Assembly (NCBI RefSeq): GCF_011386835.1
Contig: NC_088803.1
Span: 34,658,001-34,722,000 of the forward strand
DNA length: 64,000 nt
DNA from: Chrysemys picta bellii
Taxonomy: Eukaryota
Direction: 5' to 3'
The translations under genes and the position numbers were made by a program. The notes below the pieces were generated by a model. The model ran no database searches, was not told where the DNA came from, and was given only the letters and a program-made list of their open reading frames with translations. Every line of letters begins with the position of its first letter. Position 1 is the first letter of the stretch. Shown here piece after piece: positions 24,275 through 36,069 of this stretch.

Positions 24275-24835
24275 TAAAATAGATACAGAGAAACATCCGC
24301 GTTAACACCCAATGAGGTGAGTGGAGGCATTTCACACCTCAGGGGTGAGTCCCGAGACTTCCTGTTGTCTGTAGCCACAGGTGGGGGCTCTCAGTTAGCT
24401 GAACCCGCATGGTTCTGTAGTGCAGATGGAGAGTGCAGATGGTGAGCAAATATGTACCCCTCTTGAATTTCTCAGAGCTCAGCTTCCTGCACAGCAAGGA
24501 TTTTCAAACCCTGAGACTGGAGTGGAAATCACCTGCTCCTGCACATTGGGCTGTGAAGTCTGAGTAGCAGGTGACAAAATTCTTCCTTCCCTCCAAAGGC
24601 CCAGAGACGAAGCCAAGAATCTGGGCTTTGGCAGTGCACAGGGGAAGACGACTCTGAATGGGATCACACTATCTTCACAATCACAAGCACTAGACATATT
24701 GCTATTTTAGAGCTGAAAGTTCTGCAGAAACTGGTAGGCAAGACCCCATGCACTGGGGTACGTTCCAACTTAGCACAGATCCTGGACATTCTGTGTCAAG
24801 CCTTGTTTGGAATTCTGGATTATCTTTATCTAAGG

Positions 24836-25402
24836 CAGGGGTGGGCAAACTTTTTGGCCTAAGGGCCACATCGGGGTTGCAAAACTGTATGGAGGGCCGA
24901 GTAGGGAAGGCTGTGCCTGTCCAAACAGCCTGACCCCCACCCCCTATCCGCCCCCTCCCACTTCCCTTCCCCTGACTGCCCCCCTCAGAATCCCCGACCC
25001 ATCCAACGCCCCCTGCTCCTTGTCCCCTGACTGCCCCCCCCGGAACCCCCCCACCTCTAACCGCCCCCCCCCCCCCGGATCCCACCCCCTATCCAACCCC
25101 CCCTGCTTCCTGTTCACTGAGTACCCTGACCCCTATCCACACCCCCGCCACCTGACAGGCCCCTCAGGATCCCCTGTCCCTTATCCAACCTCCCCCCCAC
25201 TCCCCACCCCCTTACCGTCCAGAGCCACCCACACTGCCTCGCTGCCCGGCAGGAGCTCACAGCCCTGCCCTCCAGAGCGCTGGCGGCGTGGCAAGCGGAG
25301 GCTGCAGGGGAGGGGAGACAGCAGGGGAGGGGCCAGGGGCTAGCCTCCCTAGCCAGGAGCTCAAGGGCCGGGCAGGACGGGCCTGTGGGCCGGATGTGGG
25401 GC
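24836..25402 (+). mobile_element. hAT/Charlie-type non-autonomous element with a C-rich interior
   Basis: Starts CAGGGGTGGGCAAACTTTTTGGCC..GGGCCACATC; repeated CCCCTGACTGCCCCCC units; right end truncated after GGGCCGGATGTGG. Confidence 0.75.
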
Positions 25403-26872
25403 CTATACATCTTTGGCATCCACTATTAAGAGGGAAGTAAAGGGGTGTGGGGGAGAATCAGGTCAAGGCTGACATTGTTCTGCAACCCAGAATCTATACC
25501 CTGAGAACAGAAGCGTGTAACATAAAAAGATCGGAGAACGTTTAATTCAAGATCTGTTTAACCCTCTGAGGGACAGCTAATTACATGAATGTCTGATCAG
25601 CAACATTTCCTCTGACAAATCACACCTACTTCATTGTGCTAACATCACATCCACTTAAAATCAGGATACCTGCAAAATAAATCATCCCCCAAGACAAACC
25701 ATCAGGGCAATAACAGCTTGTTTGTATCTTCTTATCTTGCATTATAAACGCACCCTAGGTTCTCTGCGGTTTCAAGCAACATCATACAAGTCGACATTTG
25801 TGCTAAGGAATAAACAAACAATTTTTCTTTATGCCCAGTGTTCAGGGCACTTTGTCGTTTAAGCCTGGCTTTGAAAATGCATGTCCAGTTTACAGGCAGT
25901 GGAAAATGGTTGACTGAATCATCGTATTCATTCTCTATTAGTTGGCAGAATAGAGTAGAATAGAGCTATTCTCATTTGGACAGGTTGAACAAAGCCATTC
26001 ATTTACATTTTGGTCCATCTAAGCGCAACCGTATTTGGTCACGTAAAACAAGTGTTTAAGAGGAATCCTCTCTGTTACCTTGCAATCATTTTTATTTACC
26101 CATTTCAAGCCGCTTTTATTTTTATGCCATCATCAGCTTATAAACTGCAGTGTGTGACTGTGAACAGGTCCCTCCAAAAACGTCAACAACTTGTTAGTGG
26201 CTTTGTTAGTTGTGAAGAAACTTATATTCTGCATTAACACTGCGGATTATCTTCTGTTTTTCAAAGAAACATGCAACCAAGAGAGACTACGGGCTAGAAA
26301 GCGGTAGCTGTAACAGAACGCAATTATAGTATAAAAATAGGTCACTGGGATAATATAACCTTTAGACTACTGGCAACATGTCACTGTTTGAGCCAGCCGG
26401 CCTGCCATATTTCCATAGGATGTCAGTATCAACAAAACAAAACAAGCATCCTCCACGTGTTTGCATGCTTCTGTTTGAACATTAATTCATTCACTCCTTT
26501 TATTTTTTCCTCATTTGTATGAGCTAAGAACAGAAGAAGCTAAATGCTACACACACGTCATACCATTGGACCTCTTCAGAGAAGATCTATTGCACATGGG
26601 CTTCATTACAGGTTAGCTCGTAATTGTTCTATGTAAGGCATGCGGAAGTCTGACAAGGCAGCAACACAGTCTATTAAAAGTGGCACCACACTCCAACAAG
26701 TGTATGTTGGCACACTCATCAGTGCCCCAGAGGTTGATGAACACACCTAGACCTGTTTGTCAAAAACCAGGTTGACTCCTAACGTGATGAAAATGGGGAC
26801 TGTTCTCAATAATCCCTGTACTGGAATCATCAAGTATCCAGAACTCAAGAAGACAAAATTTGACTGTAAGAT

Positions 26873-27058
26873 CATTGGTTCCCCAACCTTTTCATTCTAC
26901 AAACCACTCCACATGAGAAATATAGTCCCAGGGACTCACCTCCATGCTCAACTCCAATCCCCACACTGTTCGGTTTGCAGAACATTTCATTCTGGGGAAT
27001 ACCAGGAAGGCTTCTAGAGATTACTAGTCAGCTAAGGACTATAGTCTGAGAACCACTG
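26873..27058. mobile_element. Old hAT (MER5/Charlie-like) MITE
   Basis: CATTGGTTCCCCAACC ... GAGAACCACTG degenerate TIRs; no TSD recognisable. Confidence 0.5.
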
Positions 27059-29629
27059 CCACCAGTGAGAGACACTGGATGGTGTTTCTCATACAAGTTC
27101 AAGGAATACATCATTTCATCTACATCCAAGCCGTCACCTGTGGCAGCACTATCGCTATGAATTCCATTAAGTGGGCCGGTGCTATACAAAACAGTATGTG
27201 AATGCTTATAAATCCACTGAGGCTCTGATTTCTGTCACTTGAACTTACTGCACATTGCTTACTTTTGTTTGTATACCATAGAGTTGTATTTTAATCTAGG
27301 ATAATACTGTTTAACACTGTGCTCACAGCTCACTTAATGTACAGCAATTTCTAGCCCAGGTTGCTTAAAGCTCATAATCAGGTATCAGAGCTTAATGGCT
27401 CACAAATCATTTGGTATGTAGTGCAATTTCAGCTTAGCAGAGTCAGCTCTCTCTAGAATATCCTGGTAGTTTAATATTACTGCACAGTCCTGTCTGTGAA
27501 AAAAAGACACATTAAACCCAATGTTCCCCTACACATTTTCACTCACTGACTGTTGTACACCATACTCAACATGACAACCACCACTCACCAAGCCAAGAGG
27601 AGGGCATCTGAACACTGATTCCTTGCCGGCTGGCAAAGAGCTCAGAAAGGATTTTTTTCAGCTCAAAGAAGTATGTTGAGATCAGATTGATCTTCATCAA
27701 TTTTTGGATTTCTGGTAACATCACTTGGATCTTTTAAGAGGCAGAGAAAGGATGGGCAGCAGATGCTGCAGAAGGCTGGTTGACCATTCACAGATGTAAG
27801 CACTATATGGCCGCTGAGCACATGAAGGGCATCGATTTTGCTTTGACTGTGCTATGCCTCTGTACAATAGGGACTCAACATGGTCAAAGTCTCCAGGCAC
27901 TACTGTAATATTAATGTCAAACAATACTGGGATCAACGTTTCCACCAGCAATGACTGCATTCAAGAAACATGCCAATGAAACCATGTTAGGACTCGCAGA
28001 GCCCTCCCACTGAGGCCCCAACTCTGCTTCAGACATATGTTGATCACAAGCTGCCAAGTGGCTGCATAAGGCATGGAGGAGAGGTAATTCCAAGAAAGTC
28101 ATTGTGCGGAACAAAGAATTATAAGGTCCAATTTTTTTAAAGGGGAAGTACCAGGTTGTTACATTTAGTACTTAAGTATGCTACATAGAAACTGATGAGT
28201 TTACTTTCTGCAGTGCAGATTGTTTCCTAATACAGCTCTGTATCCCCTTCCCAAAAGTGTTTCAGGATTACTTTATCTTGCACTTTTGCAATATGCCAGC
28301 ACTAGCTTAGCATCCACTAGTGTTTCCTAATTTACTGTTACTGTAGCTGAAAAGCCAAGTGCAAACATTTAAGCTCAAGCTATGGATTTTTCTCCCCCAG
28401 AGCCTTGCTTAACGAACACTCCTCTGCAGCTTCAATATGGTTGATCTCCTTTGCAGCTTTCATTTCGTTGTTGAATATGCTAGTTTGTGGCAATGTGTTT
28501 TCTGCTCACTGAACTGGCTCGTTCTTTCAGTTGAACAAACTGTTCCATGTTAAGGAAGGAGTTGGCTGAATTTTAAGAAAGAATTTTTCCCTTCTGACAG
28601 TGTTGCTAAAGACCCAAAGTCAGTTCAGAGCCAAGTTACAAAAGGTCAGAAGAGGATAGTCAAGCAATGGGTGTAGTTCCTGTGTGTCATAAGCCGGTAA
28701 AGGAAATGGGTGGGGAGAAAAATGCATGAAATTTTGACCTGAAATAATATGTCTGTCCAGTTAGCAACGCAGAATGGGCTTTTATCCAGAAATATACCTG
28801 TGGGCCTAAAAGTGCACTGTTTCTATTTTAGAAGACCAGGTTTGTTAGGAGAACTTGAGGCAAATTATCGTCCCCATGTCTTCATAGTCACCCATCATTG
28901 TGTGTGTGAATAAGACAGAGACAGACCGACTTTTGAGTTCTACTGGTAAAAAGAAAAGGCAGCCCTATGCTTTTTCCTGAAGCTATTTTAAAGCGCTACT
29001 GCTTTCAGTTCCCTCGGTCAGCCAAATGAGCCTTCACAAGGCAAAACATTCTCACTAGTTGCTATTCAAACAGCACAAAGCCTGAGGAAATGGCTTTTGT
29101 TGTGGAAAGCCTGTGGAAGTTGTGTTGTGCTGAAGCTACCGCAACACCCGCAACTTGTGGGCAGGTTTGTGGAGCTGCAGATTGTCCTGCAAGCTATGCA
29201 GAGGCTCACCTGCAGCTGCTCTACATGCCCAACTACCTCCAAATACACAGGTCAAACACAGAGGTTAACTGGAGCCTTCCATGGGCCACGAGGGTAAATT
29301 TCACCAAGGATACAATGCTGTTGTTGTTTTTTTCCAGTTGTGAATTATGAGTGGCCAAGTAGTGGAAAAGCAACACTATGTGGGACACTGGCAATGTGGG
29401 AGCTCAAAGGAAGGAACAAAGCTAATTTCCTACCTGCTTTATAATAATACAAATCTCTAGTGCCTAAGCCTCAAGCACCTCCTTTACATTTTCTTCTTAT
29501 TTTTAAGCCATTGTTAAGGAAAACTGGAAACTGATTTGCCCTCTCCTCCATTGGGTTCCTACATGGCTAGTGTCACAAATGAGATCACTGTTGGAGCAAA
29601 TCGGGTGCAGTTTTCTGTCAATGTTCAGT

Positions 29630-29716
29630 ATTATTTATTATTTGTAGGTGCCCTTATTCATTGACCAGTACCCCATTGTGCTAGGTGCTGCGGAAACAGA
29701 ATAAGACCATCCCTGG
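29630..29716 (-). mobile_element. L2-type 3' tail fragment
   Basis: TATTATTTATTATTTGT..CCCCATTGTGCTAGGTGCTG..AACAGA matches the reversed L2 tail seen at 41535-41640 and 63350-63507. Confidence 0.55.
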
Positions 29717-29814
29717 ATTTCCATTTGTTATCAGTGGGATCTGCATTGGCTGCCAGCAGTTAATGTCTTAATGCTTAAGCATTTACAGGCCTCACAACAG
29801 CCCTGAGTGGTAAG

Positions 29815-30100
29815 GATTAGAGAGGAATCACTCACCACTGAAATGCTGCCATATTTGGGGTAGAAAGTGGCAGGTGTTTAATAATGTTCAACAATGCTAC
29901 ACAACAGCTGAGGACAGGAAGTGAAGAATTCTGCATCCAGCTGAAACCGAGGAGGGAAATTAGGGACAGAGTGTAATTCTAGAACTGCAAGTTGGTCCAA
30001 GTACCATGAATTAACATGCCTACTCTTAAAGGAGTGCCAGGGGAGTTTTGTTGAGTGTCTTAAATGGTCAAGATCCTGGACTTGAGACTCAGATGAATGA
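29815..30100 (-). mobile_element. Deu-domain SINE fragment (AmnSINE-like)
   Basis: TTAACATGCCTACTCTTAAAGGAGTGCCAGGGGAGTTTT..TGGTCAAGATCCTGGACTTGAGACTCAGATG is the reverse of the Deu core present at 130-210. Confidence 0.55.
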
Positions 30101-30117
30101 AAACTTCAGTAGGATAA

Positions 30118-30390
30118 GGCCAGGTTTTCGAGCACTCAGCTGGAACTAGATTTTCAAATAAGCTCTGCTTCCATTTAAGCACCTGAATAAGGGCCAGATT
30201 TCTAAAAGTGCTTGGCATCCAGCTATTCCCACTGCACCACGTAAGGTCACATGATCGAAGGAGCTCAGCACCCAAAAGGCTAAGCAATTTTCAAATCTGG
30301 CCATTTATTCAGGTGTCTAAATAGGGGCTCAGCACTTTGGGGAAATCTGGCCCCAATTGGGAGTGCTGAATTTTTTGGAAAATCTTGCCT
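30118..30390. mobile_element. Cluster of palindromic GGGCCAGATT-type MITEs
   Basis: Repeated GGGCCAGATTT..AAATCTGGCC inverted ends with GCTCAGCAC cores. Confidence 0.55.
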
Positions 30391-30593
30391 AAATTGTCTA
30401 ACATCAGGTTGTTGCATTGGTTCATCACTGACTCTCTAAAGAGTGCCACTCTCTGAATCACCCACACCACTTCCTGCAGCACCCATGTGGATCTTTGAGT
30501 TCTCCCGTTCTGTGCTTGTGGTTCCAAGAGATCTCACAAGAACATATGATGGCCTCGCTGTAGACCAACGACTAATTACTCTGACTTTATACC

Positions 30594-31165
30594 CAGGGCC
30601 GGCTCTAGGCACCAGGCACCCAAGCACATGCTTGGGGCGGCACCTGGTAAGGGGCGGCGGGGGGAGCGCGGCGCGGCATTCCGCAGGGGGGGTGTGCTCC
30701 GGCGGCGCAGCGCTGGGGGGGTGGGCTCCGGTTGCGCGGGGCTCGGCGAGGGGACGGCGCAGGCGCGGCACTGGAAGGGGGTTCCGGCGGCGCTCGGCGG
30801 GGGGCGGGGGCGGGCTCCGGCAGCGCGGGGCTCGGCGCTGGGGGGCAGCGCGGGGCTCGGCGCTCGGGGGGGGGTGCAGCGCGGGCACAGCGCTGGAGGG
30901 GGTTTCCGGCGGCGCTTGGCAGGGGGAGGGGGCGGGCTCCGGCGGCGCGGGGCTCGGCGCTCGGGGGGGGGGGTTCCGGCAGCACTCGGCGCGGGGGGGG
31001 TGGGCTCCGGCGCTTGGTGGGGGGGTGGCTCGGAGGGCACTGCTCTGGGGGGGGTTCCGGTGGCGCTCGGCGGGAGGGCGGCGCGGCCCGGCGCTCGGCG
31101 GGGGACGTGGGGGGCGGCGCTTTTTTTTGCTGCTTGGGGCAGCAAAAAAGCTAGAGCCGTCCCTG
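30594..31165 (+). mobile_element. Young non-autonomous hAT element with a GC-rich internal minisatellite
   Basis: 15-bp TIRs CAGGGCCGGCTCTAG / CTAGAGCCGTCCCTG (1 mismatch); perfect 8-bp TSD TTTATACC at 30586-30593 and 31166-31173; CpGs largely intact. Confidence 0.93.
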
Positions 31166-31648
31166 TTTATACCCTAATCAATTGACAGTGAATCTTTTAA
31201 CTGGGACAGCATTCAAGAGAAACTAGACTGAATGTTTTCTACCTCTTTTTAACAGTGAGCCTATAGTTCTTTGAAAGTTGATATTACGGAGCAGATAGAT
31301 CTGGATTTTCATTTGAAATTCCAACAGGTGAAACCTTGGATCCAGCAGCATTGGAGCCAAGAGGACTCAATTTCTGCTTCTTTTGAAAACTGTTTCTCAT
31401 TTAAAATATATTTGTTGATCCACTGTCATTTGGACAGTACACTGTGAACCTTTCTTGACAGAGTTCCACTCTTTCTCTGGCTGTTTAGAATGGCACTTTG
31501 AATGTATTATCCTTACACAGGAGATTCGATTATTTTTTATTAAGATCTGTCTCTCTTCTAGAGGTCAGCTGTGAGATAAAAGCAGCCCAGTTATTTGCTG
31601 CTTGAAATGAAAAGATTTTCCTTAATATCAAGACATTTCAGTTAGCTG

Positions 31649-32396
31649 AAAGTAGTCGGCATCCTTCAGTCTCGAGAGACCATGGGGATGCGCCCCTGAG
31701 AGGGAAAGAATTTACTCAGTTGGTTTTATGGCAGCCGTGAACGTGGCTGAAGAGACCCACTTGAGAGAGACAATCTCTGCCGTATCTGTCACATTTAAAG
31801 GTGATGTTTCGACCCTTTGGGCTCTGCCTTCTGCGAGCTCTTTTCTCCTCTGCTAAGCTGGACGGCTTCCTCTCATAACTTTTTTAAGCTCATTTCCAAA
31901 GGCTGCAGTCCTGAGTGTGATCTTCCCAATTGTCCACAACCATGTCCATTTCTTTGAGGTCTCGCTTGCACACACCCTTGAAATGAAATTTTGGGCATCC
32001 TTTGGGTCTTTTTCCAAATGCCAATTCACTGTAGAGAATGTCCTTTGGCATGCACCCATCATTCATTCGGCACACGTGCCCAAGCCAGCGGAGGCGTCTC
32101 TGTCTGAGGAGTGTTTGCATGCTGGGTATACTGGCCCACTTGAATACCTCAGTGTTGGTGACTGTCCCTCCAGGAGATTCCAAAGATTTGATGAAGGCAA
32201 CACCTATGAAAGCAGTTGAGCCTCTTTTCCCGATGAGACGATAAGGTCCATGTCTCGCTCCCATACAAAAGTGTGCTGATAACACATGCACGATACACAC
32301 AGATCTTTGTGTGTTCTGTCAGTTTGTTGTTTTGCCATACCCTCTTGTTCAGTCCAGACATTGTTGTGGCGGCTTTTCCAATGCGGCTGTTGAGTC
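31649..32396 (-). mobile_element. RTE-clade LINE, 3' portion, frameshifted
   Basis: On -: RIGKAATTMSGLNKRVW..TKICVYRACVISTLLYGSETWTL..RLNCFHRCCLHQIFGISWRD, one frameshift near 32160, then VTNTEV..SIPSMQTLLRQRRLRWLGHVCRMNDGCMPKDILYSEL..GKRPKGCPK. These are RTE ORF C-terminal motifs. 3' end ..CCATGGTCTCTCGAGACTGAAGGATGCCGACTAC. Confidence 0.9.
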
Positions 32397-33893
32397 AGGT
32401 CAGGCTATGCCTGCTACCGTAATGAGAGTAGACTATACTAACTGTAGCTCATCAATCCCACTGCCTTGTGGGTAGCCCGGGACGGTGTAAAGCTAAGGGA
32501 GCAACCCCTGACAGAAAAGCCCCACTGCCTTGTAGTTTAAAGAAACTAAGCAAATTGCATCATCTTTCTCGTCACCCCAGATGACTTGATAGGCCTCTTC
32601 CATGTGTAACGGCTGGGATTTCACCTCATCTAAAAATGACTTAGCAGACAATCAGAGAGACTAAGCAGAACAACTTCTGAAAGCCAAGAAAATTAGGACT
32701 CCTGCCCTAGTATTCTCTAATGCCCAGCTACTGTGGGTTGATATGGCCAGTAACTGGGGGGGGAGGGGTTAGCCTCTGTGGCTTCACAATCCTTAATATT
32801 AAATATTTAGCCAGTTTCAAGTAATTTCCAAACAGAACTCTACCAAGGGTGCTTTCAGCTATTATGTACAGTCCTTGCCAGGGTGTTCTCGATGGCCTGT
32901 CTGAAGAAAACAGTCCAGTGGAGGGGGGGTCTTCCTTGCTGACTCTGTTATGAACACCAATACGTAATGGTGAACTAGCTAAAGTAGACTGGCTGGTTTG
33001 CAACCTTCACTATGTGGGGGTATGGGAGACCACTCTCTATGGCTTGTTCAATATTTGAGCTGTCTGCTGAGACTCAGCAGGTGGTGGACAGGAGCTCACT
33101 AAGCCATTCAATAACTGTTTGATGGAAATATCTTTTGGTAGCTATATGGGGTGGACAAGGGAGACTTTAAAGAGCTGTGACAGCCTATTTAAAAGGGTTT
33201 TGTTTTTCCGAATAGAGGTCTCCCTCTAAACCTTACTTCAAACTATTGATGTAGTCATTAAACTTGTGGATCAGGATAATGCCTTAATATGGAGAATTTG
33301 ATTTTAAGAATTCCAGGCACGCTGGAAGAATTGCTTCCCAGTCACTGATTAGTGTGCACACCCGTGAACTGCCAACCATGTACTAACCTCCACTTTGTAT
33401 TCAAAGCTTTATACAATAGAGTATGTTATTTTAGTACCTTTCAGACGCCAGTTTGAAGATCTCAGAGTGCAATTTGAAAGAATTAAAATACAAATAACCC
33501 CATATTATCCAATTTTGCTATATCCCTGAATATGTTTAAGGTATTAGATGGTGTTAATATTACAATTTCCTCTTCCACTAGTGACACACATTCAAAGCTC
33601 CAAGTCAAATCTTAATATGACCTGGCAAAACCAAAAATTTAGGAAAAAATAATAAAGGAAATTACTATCATATGCAAGTCAAAATTCATAGAATTTCTAT
33701 GAAGTTACACATTACAGACTGGATTTATCCTGTTAAAATAACTCCTGAAGAGGAATTAAAGTATTGCCCAATTACTGTCAGATTTTATAGAATCTAGTTT
33801 CAGGGTTTTTTTTCTATATGTTTCAAAACTAATGTACAAATTACCATCAAATTATGGAAATACCAGTATATATATATATTTTTTTACATTTAC

Positions 33894-33923
33894 CTGAATG
33901 CAAAGGTAAATCTATAAAGTTAC
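33894..33923 (-). other. Candidate 30-nt cassette micro-exon or recursive-splice exon in the ZHX3 5'-UTR intron
   Basis: On -: gttaactctttttttctttaag|GTAACTTTATAGATTTACCTTTGCATTCAG|gtaaatgt, with branch-like TTAAC, a long pyrimidine tract, an AG acceptor and a CAG|GTAAAT donor. No transcript evidence. Confidence 0.4.
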
Positions 33924-34035
33924 CTTAAAGAAAAAAAGAGTTAACACTTTATATCAATATATCTAAAAGTATATCCTAAACTAGTTTACTTTTCTTCTTT
34001 AGATCTCATTCTCTACCCCATATGAAAAAATGACG

Positions 34036-34240
34036 TTTACTCACCTGTAACCAGAGGGGTTTTTTTTTGTTTTTTTTTTTAAGATAACCTCTTAGCATTC
34101 CCACTCTTGGGATGCACCAGTCCTGCAGCTTGGCAGGTCCCTTGATCTGACAACTAGGCCCACACTTGCAGGCCCAAAGTGCCTGCTGAGCTGCACTGAC
34201 CCAAGAGTGGGAATGTGCAGAGGCCACTCGAACGAGAACA
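34036..34240. mobile_element. Degenerate element with a 16-bp internal inverted repeat (DIRS-derived?)
   Basis: CATTCCCACTCTTGGG (34096-34111) and CCCAAGAGTGGGAATG (34200-34215). Flanks TTTACTCACCTGTAAC and CCACTCGAACGAGAAC resemble DIRS termini as recalled. Confidence 0.4.
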
Positions 34241-34626
34241 AAAGTTTTCCATCAACTCTCTGCTAGGCAGGTGAAACTCTGCATCAGTTACAACTTCTAC
34301 TTCCTTTGACTCTTTTGTGGAATGGGTATGCAGTAACTTGCATTTTGGCTACAATGTAATTTACAAAGTCTATCCAGTAATTTCATCTTTCAGAAAGCCA
34401 GATGAATAATTCTAAAACAGAATCAAGAAATTGTCTGGGTCCAAAACTAATTAGTCTGCTAATAGTTGTGTTATCTACCCAAATCAGATGTCCTGAAAGG
34501 TCACTTGCAAAGGCATGTGAGAGGATAGAAGTAGAGAATGGGTTTATACCAATTTTGCTTTTTTAAGAAGCATAAAGGCGGCCTGGATGCTGGGTTTTAC
34601 TTAAAGTCAGTCTATTTCCCTGATTG

Positions 34627-34731
34627 TCTGTAGTGGTGTTGTTGGTCCCAGGATATAAGAGACACAAGGCAGGTGAGGTAATATCTTTTATTGGACCAAC
34701 TTCTGTTGGGGGAAGGGACAAGCTTTTGAGC
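34627..34731. mobile_element. Penelope-like element terminal fragment
   Basis: GGTCCCAGGATAT..GAGACACAAGG..GGTGAGGTAATATCTTTTATTGGACCAACTTCTGTTGG..GACAAGCTTTTGAGC, recalled as a common turtle Penelope-type repeat. Confidence 0.5.
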
Positions 34732-35480
34732 AGGTTGTTTTGTAAATTAGACTAGATTGACTGGAGAATTAGTAGGCCTATGACAACGTCACCAGTTGGA
34801 AGGAAGTGAACCTCAAATGAGAGAGGAATGGATTTTTATTGACTGTTTTGGTCTTGTTACAATCTATTTAATGGAAATCCTTGGGAGAAAAACTCTATTA
34901 GGAGTCCCACTTTCCATCCCCTTCAATTAAGAGTTGAAAAGGAATTATTCCTCATTTATACCACTGTAAGCAAGAGCCCAACCTGGCCATGTTTCTTCTC
35001 ATCTGATGTAACTAAGATATTAGCTCACCTCTCTTCATTTTAGATTATCCCTTCAGTTCAGAGCAGGCCATAAGACTATCCCTTATTTCTCCAGAATGCA
35101 GTGAGACTACCTTTCAGTTAGCCAGTCTAAATCATGCCATGTTATCAATCGTGTGTATGGCACAGTATAGATGATTCGTTGTGTTTAGCTTAACTGACAG
35201 CTAACAGCATGATAAACTAAACTCCAGCAGGATTCCGCACAGGAGAGCATACTGGAAAAGTGCATATGTAGTGTCAGCATGCAGCCCACAAAATAAAGGA
35301 ATTCAGAAAACTGGTAATGGACTTCTGGAGCCTTTCTTCTCTAGGTCACCAGTTCAAATCCAACCCAGGTTAGCCAAAATCAAAGGAGGCACCTATGGGA
35401 CGGGAGTTGGTGGTCTAAGTCTGATTTCTGCTATACATTTGTCCACTACAGCACGAAACCAGTTACAGTTGTCAGTCGTA

Positions 35481-36069
35481 GGCTATGTCTACACTGTCCA
35501 CCTTACAACGGTTCAGCTGTGCTGTTGTAAGGTGTGATGTGCAGCTGCCCTTTATTGCTTTATTTATCCAAGCGACAAAATAAAACCACCTCCAACAAGG
35601 GGCAGTAGCTTCGTTGCCAAGAGCATGGCTCCCGCTGCCAAAGCGCTGTCCACACCAGAGTTTTTTGTCATTAAAACTTTTGTCGTTCAGGGACGTGTTT
35701 TTTCCACACCCCCTGAGTGACAAAAGTTTTAATGCAGAAAGTGCTAGTGTAAACATAGGGCTGGTCTACACTGGGGGCGGGGGGGGGGGAGGAATCGATC
35801 CAAGATATGCAACTTCAGCTACGTGAATAGCATAGCTGAAGTCGAAGTATCTTGGATCGAATTACCTGGGGTCCACACGGCGCGGGATCGACGGCCGCGG
35901 CTCCCCCGTCAACTGCGCTACTGCCGCTCGCTCTGGTGGAATTCCGCAGTCGACGGTGAGCACGTTCAGGGATCGATATATCGTGTCTTAATGAGATGCG
36001 ATATATCGATCCCGGATAAATCGATTGCTACCCGCCGATACGGCGGGTAGTGAAGACGTACCCATAGCC
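35481..36069. mobile_element. Older Harbinger-type MITE interrupted in its right TIR
   Basis: Left end GGCTATGTCTACACT; the right end GTGTAAACATA|GCC is split by the younger copy. Confidence 0.75.
35758..36063. mobile_element. Young Harbinger-type MITE, same family as 12361-12655
   Basis: GGGCTGGTCTACACT ... GTGAAGACGTACCC; 3-bp duplication ATA at 35755-35757 and 36064-36066; shares GCAACTTCAGCTACGTGAATA..TAGCTGAAGTCGAAGTATCTT with the 12361 copy. Confidence 0.85.

Noticed and set aside
27530-28114. Adjacent - strand ORFs (65 and 79 aa) suggesting a frameshifted pseudogene; faint LINE RT-like words on + (SLTDC, IDF-AFDC)
   Set aside because: No protein family recognisable on -, and the + strand resemblance is too short to call. 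A translated search against Dfam/Pfam RT models would decide.
30436-31185. Stack of 126-244 aa Gly/Arg/Pro/Ala-rich ORFs on both strands
   Set aside because: Produced by the GC-rich minisatellite inside the hAT element; low complexity, no transposase motifs.
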